Below, in pieces: positions 52,938-64,000 of a stretch of 64,000 bases of DNA. How positions within the stretch are numbered: the stretch's first letter is position 1; each line of letters begins with the position of its first letter. The position numbers and the translations under genes were made by a program. The stretch is from Eledone cirrhosa (Eukaryota): positions 87,048,001-87,112,000 of the forward strand of contig OZ024744.1 of the NCBI GenBank assembly GCA_964016885.1, read 5' to 3'. The notes under the pieces are model-generated. The model was not told the DNA's origin, searched no databases, and saw only the letters and a list, made by a program, of their open reading frames with translations.

Positions 52938-54620
52938 CGAGCAGAAGTGCCCAGCGTTGCTCGGAGTTTAATTGCTTTAAAGTACTTTTAATGATTCCAC
53001 TCAATTATGATTATTGAGGCATTGAAAGTAAATACGTGTAAGTTTGAAAATATACAACAATAGCATCTACTAACCATATGTCAGACCGGCAAGACTGCAG
53101 TGGTGCTGAATAGAGGAGTCACAACACCTCTCTGTAGACCACATTTTTTGTTCTGCCTTTGGGCACAGGTATGAATAATTTCTGCTTGCATCCCACTCTT
53201 GAGCATGCGACGTATAATTGGCCGTGTGAGAAGCACGGCTGGGCTAAATGGAGGCCTGCCGTTGATAGCGTTTGTCCTTGGGACTTGTTGATTGACAACG
53301 CGAAGCAAATTTTAACGGGGAATTGAAGTCGGCGCAAAGTACAGGGGTATTCCGTACCTGATGGAGTTAATGGTATTATGGGTATGAAGACGTTGTCTCC
53401 AGCGCCGCAGCCCGTGAGAATTGTGGCTTCAATTACATACGGCAGGAGGTTTCTTACCACTAACCGTGTTCCGTTGCAGAGACGTGGTGGTTCCAGGTTC
53501 CTCAACAGCATCACTGGAGTCCCAACTTTGACGCGCAGTTCATGAGGTGGCAGTTCAGAGAGGTCCAAGGAATTGAGGAATTCTGTGGAAAAATCGTCAA
53601 CCTCATCTTTGTCCACAACTTTGTCCACAGATTTGTGGGTACGGAGGTTTCCAGGAATGCGTTGCAGAAGGTCCTCGTTGATTTTTGCAACGGAGACATT
53701 TTTGGGAGCCAATATGGCTCTATTGCATAGTCAACTCATGTTTTTTGTAGTTGATGGTCATATCGGGAAAGACAGAGGCTGTGAGGTCGTCAACAGTGTC
53801 AACAACGGTGCCTACTCGCAAGACTGCCATTTCTCCAGCTGCATCTGAAGGTGCAGTGCCGTCACCAACTGTTAAGAGGTCCTTTGAGAAGTCGGCTGAT
53901 GAGTGGTCGCCGAGCAGTTGGGCTCTCATGTTTGTTGAGAGGGTCAGAATTGTCACTTCCTGTCACAGGGGAGATGACTTAATGCAAGCTCCCACAGTGT
54001 CGACCCTGGTGGCTTTTGGAACAACTGGAAGAGTTTGTCGAAAATCGCCAGACAGCAGTAGAAGTACTCCTCCCATCGGCCGGTTGCATTCCCTGATGTC
54101 TCGTAGGGTCCTGTCTAACGCCTCAAGGGACCCTTTATGGGCCATTGTGCATTCGTCCCACACAATTAGGTGGCATCTTTTCAAGACTTTCGGTTTGTCA
54201 GAGTCCTTGGTGATGTTGCAGGTTATTTGAAGTCGTGTTGAATGGTAGTTTAAATGCGAAATGAGCTGTCTTACCTCCGGGCAGCAGAGTTGCGGCAATC
54301 CCAGAAGAAGCCACTGCCAGGGCGATTCCATTTTGCTGTCGCACTTAGGCGGCCCGCCTTTGGTTCTGCATCAATTTCGGCTCGTTTTCGTTGATGAACA
54401 GTTCGAGGGTGTCGACGTCGTAGGCAGTTACCTGAATTATTCCCGTCGGAACGTCATTTCCGCCGGCAGTTACGATTTTGTCCTCGATGTCAACGAGAGC
54501 TTTGTTGAAGAATTCGTCGCTGAGTCGTACGTCGGAATGAGGGAGTAGCAGTTGTCCTTGGTGTATGTAGTCATCGGAAAGGTCCTCTTTGTATTTTTCC
54601 CATAAGGGTACAGGGTCGCT
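52938..54620 (-). mobile_element. Decayed Helitron 3' part encoding a fragmented Pif1-family helicase
   Basis: ORFs 53963-54331 (IVWDECTM, GDFRQTLPV), 53720-53956 and 53119-53712 (VMLLRNL, LCNGTRL, QFPV..INKSQGQTL, FSHGQLYVACSRV); 3' hairpin 'ccgagcaacgctggg' then CTCG|T. Confidence 0.9.
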
Positions 54621-54948
54621 TACTTAAATTTTCAGCAGACAGTACCAAATAGTACGAAACAGAGCTGTCAACTTATCTCCCCCTGTTTGCTGAAAATTTA
54701 AGTAAGCGACAATGTCACTACTTTAAAACAATAGCGTAAGGTCTTCAAAATGCTTTTAATTAAGCATACAGTGTATTGCAAAATACACTATATATACATT
54801 CATATATATATATATTGGTATTTCAGAGCAGCAATTCTAATTTTCAATTTCGTCTGGGCCGGCGACAGCTCTGTAAAATCAGTTCCTGATTGTTACTGGA
54901 ATTCTATAAGAATCTCGTATATATCGCTATTGCAGAGCACCAATTCTA

Positions 54949-55025
<77 letters not shown>

Positions 55026-55058
55026 CAAGGTTTAGCAAATAAGATAAAGTTTCAAAAT

Positions 55059-55125
<67 letters not shown>

Positions 55126-55543
55126 GTATTATGTAGGTAGGTATGTATGTATGTATGTATGTATGTATGTGGGTCTGTATGGATGGATGGATAGATTGGA
55201 AGCGGAATAATCATAACCTCTACACATAAAATTCCAGATCCTATTTTTGACCTATTGTGTTCTGCTTACTAACATTACGTCCCTGCCCGCGTTTTTCTCT
55301 CTTTTTATTTAGTTACAATTCTTTTTATATTCCTGTTCGACCTACCACTTTTATTCCAGTATATTGTTATTCCTTTATTTTTGCTTTGTCTCTCAGCTTC
55401 TATCTATATAACAACCGGTCGCTAGACGCCGAATAAATCCTACACAGATTATAGATCTTGTTGGACAATGATTTGATATTTTTCAGACGGCGGGTGTCTT
55501 AGGTATCTACTTGTAAAAATACTGCTTTTTTTTTATTTCTATT

Positions 55544-56072
55544 TGCGTGTGTATGTGTGTGTGTGTGTGTATGTGTATGTGTGTGTATGTGTGTGTATGT
55601 GTGTGTGTATATATGTATGTGTATATGTGTGTGTTCGTGTATGTGTGTGTTTGTGTGTTTGTATATGTGCGTGTATTTGTGTATGTATGTATGTATGTAT
55701 GTATGTATGTGCATGTATGTGTGTTTGTGTGTGTGTGTGTGCGTATGTGTGTGTGTGTGTGCGTGTGTGTGTGCGTGTGTGTCTGTGTGTGTGTGTGTGT
55801 GTGTATGTGTCTATGTGTGTTTCTGTGTGTTTGTGTTTGTGTGTCTGACTGTGTGTATGTGTATGTGTTTGTGTGTGTGTTTGTGCGTGTATGTGTGCGC
55901 GCGTGTGTGTGTGAGTGTGTATGTTGTATGTGTGTGCGCGTCTGTAAGTGTATGTGTGTATGCGTGTATGTATGTGTGAGTGTGTATGTGTGTGTGTATG
56001 TATGTATGCGTATGTGTATGTGTATGTGTGTGAGTGTGTGTGAGTGTGTGTGTGAACATATACATGTGTGTG
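55544..56072. repeat. Long degenerate (TG)n/(TATG)n tract
   Basis: Directly visible. Confidence 0.95.
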
Positions 56073-56353
56073 TTTCTGCTTTCAGTCAAATTAGTTAAGT
56101 ATATAATTCAGTTTGAGACCTAAACACTAGTATTAGTATATTATGAGATTGCTGCAGAATCTAAAATGATTGAAATGAAATTAAGATCTCTGGCGTCGTC
56201 GGGATCTTCCCAGCTTTCTTGCTTTTTAAAAGCTTATTTCCATCTACTATATTTAGATTTCATTTTGTTTTTACTTTAATTAAATTCATCATTATATTCT
56301 GATAGATTCTCTCTCCCTTTATAATCATATATACCCCTAAACACACACTCTGA

Positions 56354-56423
<70 letters not shown>

Positions 56424-56449
56424 ACCCACTCATAGTCATATCATCATCA

Positions 56450-56645
56450 CCATCATCATCATCCGGCGGCCTCAGCCAAAATGGACTAAACAATTCAACT
56501 CCACGTGGGCCTGTCGTTCATTGCCGTTGCCAAGTCCTGGATTTCAATACCAGGATTTCTGGATATGACATCGGGATGGGAGTGATTGCGCCCCCAGTTA
56601 TTAGTGACTGCTTGTGGTTTCCAAAGCAGTAATGGGGGACAGCAA
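56450..56645 (-). mobile_element. Small RTE-like 3' end with (GAT)n tail
   Basis: Minus strand LLWKP..DVISRN..DLATAMNDRPTW, then gatgatgat. Confidence 0.55.
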
Positions 56646-56675
56646 ATCTTACTCTCCTTTTACTTTACGTACAAC

Positions 56676-56716
<41 letters not shown>

Positions 56717-56938
56717 GAATATTATGTGTCGGTTGCAAGTCCAGGTAGAAGGAACAGCATGAAATAAAATGTCTGGCTCAAGGACATAACGCATCGATAT
56801 CACAACTTCACGATTGCGAATCCAATACTCTAATCACTTTGGTAGGGCGAATAAAAACACACGCACCTGTTCAATTTATTATAAGTTTCCGGTTGGCTGG
56901 TTGGCTGGTTCGTTTGATAAACAGGTTGTATATATATT

Positions 56939-56981
56939 GTCAAAGCTCTTTCGCAACACATGTTGTGACCTCCTCAGTGAC
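56939..56981 (-). ncRNA. Type-I hammerhead motif (family F, Penelope-linked)
   Basis: Minus strand: gtca-CTGAGGA-ggtcaca..tgtgttgc-GAAAG-ag-CTT|tgac. Confidence 0.7.
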
Positions 56982-57031
56982 TAGATTTTTTAAATTTTCT
57001 ATCTCCCCTTTATTCTGTCTTGCACCATTTT

Positions 57032-57082
<51 letters not shown>

Positions 57083-57188
57083 GTAATAACTATAATACAT
57101 TTGAAGACTAAAGGATAAATATATATCAGAAGATTCCGTTAAGGGTGAAAGCAGTGATTATTTGCTTAAACTTTAATCTGTTATTTTA

Positions 57189-57226
<38 letters not shown>

Positions 57227-57229
57227 TAC

Positions 57230-57269
<40 letters not shown>

Positions 57270-57330
57270 GTAGAATACTGGAAGGTAATATCCGTATTGG
57301 TAGAGCACTCAGTCCATGGGACGAGTTAGG

Positions 57331-57666
57331 TAGAAGTGGTAACACAACAGTTAGTTCACCATACCGAGAACAATTGTTTCACCTTAGCGGATCCTCAGAT
57401 CGTAATGGGCATGGTTATACGGAACAGGAAGGACAACCGTACGAACGCGCATGCGCAGAAACCCGTCACTTCACACAGGCAATACTAAAATGCGCTCTCG
57501 CACCTATTTTAGTATTGCCTGTGTGAAGTGACGGGTTTCTGCGCATGCGCGTTCGTACGGTTGTCCTTCCTGTTCCGTATAACCATGCCCATTACGATCT
57601 GAGGATCCGCTAAGGTGAAACAATTGTTCTCGGTATGGTGAACTAACTGTTGTGTAACCACTTCTA
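57331..57666. repeat. Near-perfect 161-bp inverted repeat with 14-nt loop; each arm carries a hammerhead-like motif (family G)
   Basis: Arms 57331-57491 and 57506-57666; cgat-CTGAGGA-tccgctaaggt-GAAAC-aatt-GTT|ctcg at ~57595-57632. Confidence 0.9.
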
Positions 57667-57915
57667 TATATATATATATAGTCAGTCGATCGACTTTCGC
57701 CAAATCGAACCGAGGAAACAATGTTTCCATGGGGCTTTCCAATTGCTAATACTATCTATCAGTCGCAACTCCAGGTCGAAGGAGCAACGTGAAATAAAGT
57801 GTCTTGCTCAAGGACATAACGCATCGCCCGGTCCTAGAATCGAAATCACAACCTCACGATTGTGAATCCAATTCTCTTACCTCTCAGTTTATGTATATTA
57901 TATATATATATATAT

Positions 57916-58230
57916 ATAATATAAGATCAAAAGATGGTTAAAGGAGTTCCATATATTTTATTATGCGCATTTCAAAAACAAACATCATCAAGCAATAATA
58001 TTTGTGTTTTCATCAGATAAAACAGGAGAACATGATATGAAGGCTAAAAAACACTTGTGGATAGTGCAGTTTTAAATCAACATATCCACAAGTGTTTTTT
58101 AGCCTTCATATCATGTTCTCCTGTTTTATCTGATGAAAACACAAATATTATTGCTTGATGATGTTTGTTTTTGAAATGCGCATAATAAAATATATGGAAC
58201 TCCTTTAACCATCTTTTGATCTTATATTAT
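57916..58230. repeat. Perfect 148-bp inverted repeat with 19-nt loop; each arm carries an intact hammerhead (family H, D-related)
   Basis: Arms 57916-58063 and 58083-58230; gttttat-CTGATGA-aaacacaaatattatt..gatgatgtttgttttt-GAAA-tgcgca-TA|ataaaat at 58123-58191. Confidence 0.9.
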
Positions 58231-58313
58231 GCATACTCCAGTCCCACAAACTGTAGAGTGCTTCTTATCCGATATCTGCATTATTTTATTGTACTACAAT
58301 AAAACTCACCTCC

Positions 58314-58413
<100 letters not shown>

Positions 58414-58906
58414 TATATACGTGTGTGTGTGAGTGTGTGTGTATGTATATAGGCGGCAGCAGTTTATGACTATAGAAGGTATCAGTTTGAGCAAGCGTTA
58501 AACGCGTGCATTAATACCGACATATGTTTGTTATTGGTGTATCATGCAGTGTGTTTATATTAAGAATGTGAGACTGAAGTTTTAATTTATAATATTTTTC
58601 GTACTAACACATAACACGTGTTTTGTTAAATGTCCTGCTCGTAGCTTTAATCGATTTCAATCAGATTCGAATATGGTGTCAACATATTCCTTTTCTAATC
58701 TCCTCTGCGTTTGTTGAGTAAATCGATCTGAGACTCGAAGCTGATTCTAATCGATTACAGCTACGAGATTGGACATTTGCGACACATGTGTTCGGCTTTA
58801 TTTATAATATGTTAAATTGAAACTTCGATCTCTCATATATACTCATAATATTATAAAATTAAATCAATTTGTTTAGAACTACAAGTGAAGTCAATATTTT
58901 CCTTTT

Positions 58907-58978
<72 letters not shown>

Positions 58979-59404
58979 TAAAATAACATATTAAAGTTTA
59001 AGCAAAGAATCGTTGCTTTCACCCTTAACGGACAGAATAAAGCAGCGATTCTTTGCTTAAACTGTGAGTTCGATTATCAGACAAGGTGATGCGTTGTGTT
59101 CTTGGCAAGACACTTTAATTCACGTTGCTCCAGTTTACTCACCTGTAGAAATGAGTTACGACGTTACTGGTGCCAAGCTGTATTAGCCATAACCTTTTCA
59201 TTGGACGACATCGGTGGAGTGGAGAGGGGGAGACTGGTATGCATGGCCGACTATTGTTCCTCATAGAGGAATATCAATAACATTTATCTATTGTTTCTTC
59301 AAAGTTACATTTTCAAACTTAGCTCCATTTAAATGATTAGTTGATTTCTACGGACTAAGAGGAAAAACATTGGATAAATTTTGTCTCACTATTCTTCTAA
59401 CTTA

Positions 59405-59799
<395 letters not shown>

Positions 59800-60033
59800 A
59801 ATGAGTGAAGAATGACGGGATCGGCTGTACAATAGGGTTTATTCAAAGTATTAACAATTGTTTCATTAATCCGGTGTGAATAAAAATCGCTATTCGTAAG
59901 ATGCTACGTCACTCGATTTTAATTACAGTCGACAGCCGACCAAATACTTGCCTGTGTACATGATACAGTGTGCTAGTATTTATAGCTACATGAAAAAATA
60001 ACAAAAACAAAAGCAATACTAATGATAATAATA

Positions 60034-60625
60034 ATTGTTTCTACTTTTGGCACAAGGCCAACAATAACTCAGTACATTACTGGTACTTTTTTTTTATCGA
60101 CGCCGTAAGGATGAAAGGCAAAGTTAACCTCGACGAGATTTGAACTCAGACCATAAAGGGCCGTAACTCTTTGCTGCAAAGCATGGCGTCCGACCTTCTA
60201 CCGATACTGCCAATCCCCCGTAACAATGATTTCATTTATTAGCCACTAGGGCCGACATGTAGGGGACAATACAAAGACAGGGACAGTGGGGGTTTACAAT
60301 AATTGTTTCTACTTTAGGCACAAGGCCAGCAATTACCCAGTGCATTACTGGTACTTTATTTTATCGACCACGTAAGGATGAAAGGCAAAGTGGGGGTTTA
60401 CAATAATGTCGAGTAAAAGTGTACAATGGCAAGACTAATTTAACAATGAAGATATAAAAAATATAAAATAAACTATGCATGAATATAAGAAAATAAATTC
60501 CCCGATAGGGGGTGGACGACCCTGGGGTGACTCGGGTACCCCACCAATCCTGAACCACCCTGCGCTTCTAGGGCACAAGAGGGAGGGGCAGTGATGAGGG
60601 GGATACCGGGATACTGGGATATCTC
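60034..60625 (-). mobile_element. Cluster: SINE family 1 (60034-60220), and a Tx1 3' remnant (60225-60625) interrupted by a 5'-truncated SINE family 1 (60304-60390) with TSD
   Basis: Tx1-type end 'gtggctaataaatgaaatcattg' and 'ccccctatcggggaattt'; 'agtgggggtttacaataat' duplicated at 60285-60303 and 60389-60407. Confidence 0.8.
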
Positions 60626-60857
60626 GTATATATATATATATATATTTCGTTTCTGAATTTGTTTAGCAAGATTCTTTATCTGAAAACGTGTGTTGAAATC
60701 GATATTGTTATATTTTGGGAGGGTCATGTTGCCAATAAGAAACGCACGCACCAGTTGCTTTCACTTCAATTTATTATAAATTAAATTTATAAATTTAGGA
60801 ATTTATAAATTTCCGGTTGGCTGGTTGGTTCCACAACCAGACGATTGTTCATATATT

Positions 60858-60900
60858 GTCAAAGTTCTTTCGTCATACATTCTGTGACCTCTTCAGTGAC
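60858..60900 (-). ncRNA. Type-I hammerhead motif (family F)
   Basis: Minus strand: gtca-CTGAAGA-g-gtca-cagaatgta-tgac-GAAAG-aa-CTT|tgac; upstream 'aagatggcgtag' is shared with the Penelope 3' UTR at ~51260. Confidence 0.78.
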
Positions 60901-61787
60901 TGGGGTTATTTTCTTTCTTTTTGTGCTTCTCCTTTGTTCTGTCCTACGCCATCTTGTTTTTGTGCGTGTTGTGTGCTTAGTTTGCGCATGTGTTACATCC
61001 GGGTGTCTGTGTGTGTTTATATTTGTTTATTTAATTGTTTATTTACATGTAAATAGACAAATAAATAAACAAATATAAACACACACACAGTGAGGGAGAT
61101 GCGCTGGAAGTGTCATTCCAACTCGCGAAGATCACACCTGCAGCTGGCCAACAGAGTGGATATGGTGGTGAGTAGGGCGGTAGCCCTAGCGCCAAGGGCA
61201 CCAGAAGTCTCCACTGCCAAGGGTACGACCACGAACCTGTCGGAAAGTGACCGGTATTAATCATTACAGTACATATTTTTGCGTGTAGCATGTGATCAGT
61301 GAGCTTTATGTCGGGCGAAGAGTCTTATAGATACTAAAGAAAACTATTGTACATTACACTTCATTTACTAAATTTAGTTGTTGGTTTCCTACCCGGACAA
61401 GATGTTCAGGGTGTTAACATTCACTTCTCATCTGAAGGACTATGTAACCACACCTTAATATGTTTACACACGGCAGATATATAGTTTGCTATCAGTCCTG
61501 AGACATCCTATTAGCGCCGTATTACAAGTATGCCTTCTTTAAAAACACTTCTGGTGTATTTAGAGCTACACTTCTGTCTAGGCAAAAGCCTAGGTCTTCT
61601 GTATGTATGTATGTATGTATGTATGTATGTATGTATACATACACACATATACATACACACACACACACATATATATATACATGCATACATATACAAATAC
61701 ACACACGTGCAAACATCCACACGCATACACAAACACACACATATGCTACTGCCTATCTACATATATCTATATATCTATATCTATCTA

Positions 61788-61936
<149 letters not shown>

Positions 61937-62424
61937 TGGCGTTCACAGTTAAGAGCTTTCTCCAGTCAGCCGTCTCTCTCCGCCCCACTCTCTATCTATT
62001 TCATTCTCGTTCTTTCGCTCTCGCCCCCCTCGCTTATTCTTTCTGCTTTGCCATCTGTCTGTCGTTTCGTTAGCAAATAATGAAAGGATCGGACTGGGCA
62101 GACCTGTTGACTCCATGTGTATTTAGTTAGGTTGGCTCAAGTACATACATCTCGTCGAGTCATTTCTATTGACTCAGTCAGTGTTAGGTCTGTAAAGTGA
62201 TATCTGGTGTGGGGTTAGGTGAGAGTTGCCAGAAATGGCGGAAAAAAAAAAGTGTGAAGGATGGAAAAAGAATGGAATAGAAAATAAAATGAATGTGTAA
62301 CTGTGAAAAAAACTATGTAATGCTCTTAGAATTCATTTGCTACAAGCCAAGAGGTAATTATAAATATATATATATATATATATGTATATAATATATATAT
62401 ATATATATACATATATACACACAT

Positions 62425-62509
<85 letters not shown>

Positions 62510-62519
62510 TATTTATATA

Positions 62520-62574
<55 letters not shown>

Positions 62575-62585
62575 ATATATGTATG

Positions 62586-62693
<108 letters not shown>

Positions 62694-62774
62694 ATATATG
62701 TGTATATATGTCTATCCCAGGTTCAATCGGGGGTAGCCACAGTAATGTACTCAATATATAGCAGAGCATAAATA

Positions 62775-62899
62775 TTTAATATAGAAATGGCTTCTACAGG
62801 ACTAGAACTGTTTCATTCGGAGAAAATCATCAGGGCTTTCAAGTTGAATTGCTCCGAATGAAACAGTTCTAGTCCTGTAGAGGCCATTTCTATATTAAT
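62775..62899. repeat. ~48-bp inverted repeat with hammerhead-like core on the minus strand
   Basis: 'taatatagaaatggcttctacaggactagaactgtttcattcggag' and its reverse complement; minus strand CTGATGA..GAAAC present but no stem I. Confidence 0.7.
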
Positions 62900-62932
62900 T
62901 ATATATATGTGTGTGTGTGAGAGAGAGAGAGT

Positions 62933-63015
<83 letters not shown>

Positions 63016-63217
63016 ATTATGTATATATAATCAGGCATACGTATACATGTATGCATATATGAAAAATTGAAGACAAGTAAAAATATATAAATATATATGC
63101 GTGTTTTCTTTTTGTGTACGTATGTATATACGCATCTTCATCATTATCATCATCATCGTCATCACCATCATTATCATAATCATCATCATCATCATAATCA
63201 ATACCATTATTCATATC

Positions 63218-63901
63218 AGCGGTGAATTGGCAGTATCGTTAGAGGGGAGGGTCGGATGCCATGCTTTGACGTATACAGTTACAGCCCTTGCCATTCTGAG
63301 TTCATAACTTTGCCTTTCATCCTTACGGGGTCGATAAAATAAAGTACCAGTAATGCATTGGGTGATTGCTGGCCTTGTGCCAAAAGTAGAAACAATTATT
63401 AGGGTGTTAGATTGGCAGTATCTGTAGAGAGTCAGACAACATGCTTCGCGACATATAGTTACAGCCTTTCAGATTCTGAGTTCAAATCCCGCCGGGGTTA
63501 ACTTTGCCTTTTATTCTGACGGGGTCGATAAATTAAAGCACCACACCCTATTGGGGGCTTTTTTTAATGTTTAGTTCTTTTAGTTTTGTTATAACATTTT
63601 TACAAACAAAAACCTCTGCTGGCTTTATTGTTTTCTTAATGTGAGCCCTGTGTGGCTAATAAAGAAATCATTGTTATTATATTTCTATGTCATTATATCT
63701 TAGGGCGGTGGATTGGCAGTATCGGTAGAGGGTCGGACGCCATGCTTTGACGCATAGAGTTACGGTCCTTGCCATTCTGAGTTCAAATCCCGCCCAGGTT
63801 AACTTTGCCTGTCATCCTTACGGGGTTCGATAAAATAAAGTACCAGTAATGCACTGGGTAATTGCTGGCCTTGTGCCTAAAGTAGAAACAATTATATCTT
63901 A
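63218..63901 (+). mobile_element. Cluster: SINE family 1 copies (63218-63400, ~63408-63540, 63703-63890) and a Tx1 3'-UTR scrap (~63541-63670)
   Basis: SINE consensus seen three times; the last copy has an 11-bp TSD 'attatatctta' (63692-63702 and 63891-63901); Tx1 end 'ccctgtgtggctaataaagaaatcattg'. Confidence 0.85.
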
Positions 63902-64000
63902 TTTTTATTATGTCTTATTTTTATTGCGTGTCATCACTGCGTTGCTGAGCCAATAACAGTGTGCCTCGGATGTGAACATCATGGATGAATCGAAAGATTT

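Noticed and set aside
53119-54331. Host PIF1 helicase gene
   Set aside because: Intronless, frameshifted and followed by a Helitron 3' hairpin terminus, so transposon-derived.

Overview
This is AT-rich, extremely microsatellite-rich eukaryotic (metazoan) DNA. The repeat content resembles a cephalopod such as Octopus, but that is inference. I found no host protein-coding gene; almost every ORF in the track is microsatellite read-through or transposon-derived. Main contents: (i) a head-to-tail pair of Tx1 (L1-clade) non-LTR retrotransposons at 18.1-29.4 kb (minus strand), one ~6.0 kb with an intact 1139-aa APE-RT-zinc-knuckle ORF2, both bounded by (ATT)n; (ii) a second, decayed Tx1 family inserted in (ATCT)n, plus further Tx1 scraps; (iii) R4/Dong-like RLE retrotransposon 3' ends stacked in (CATA)n; (iv) RTE-clade fragments, Penelope-like RT and GIY-YIG fragments, a decayed Helitron and a non-autonomous Helitron carrying a 91-93 bp satellite; (v) two tRNA-derived SINE families. 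The most striking unannotated signal is at least 14 type-I hammerhead ribozyme motifs from about 8 sequence families. They sit in short, mostly (TA)n-flanked, non-coding elements with partial tandem or perfect inverted duplications (Penelope/retrozyme-like). The window also suggests retroelements partitioning different microsatellites as targets, and a candidate Tx1-SINE partnership through a shared 3' end.
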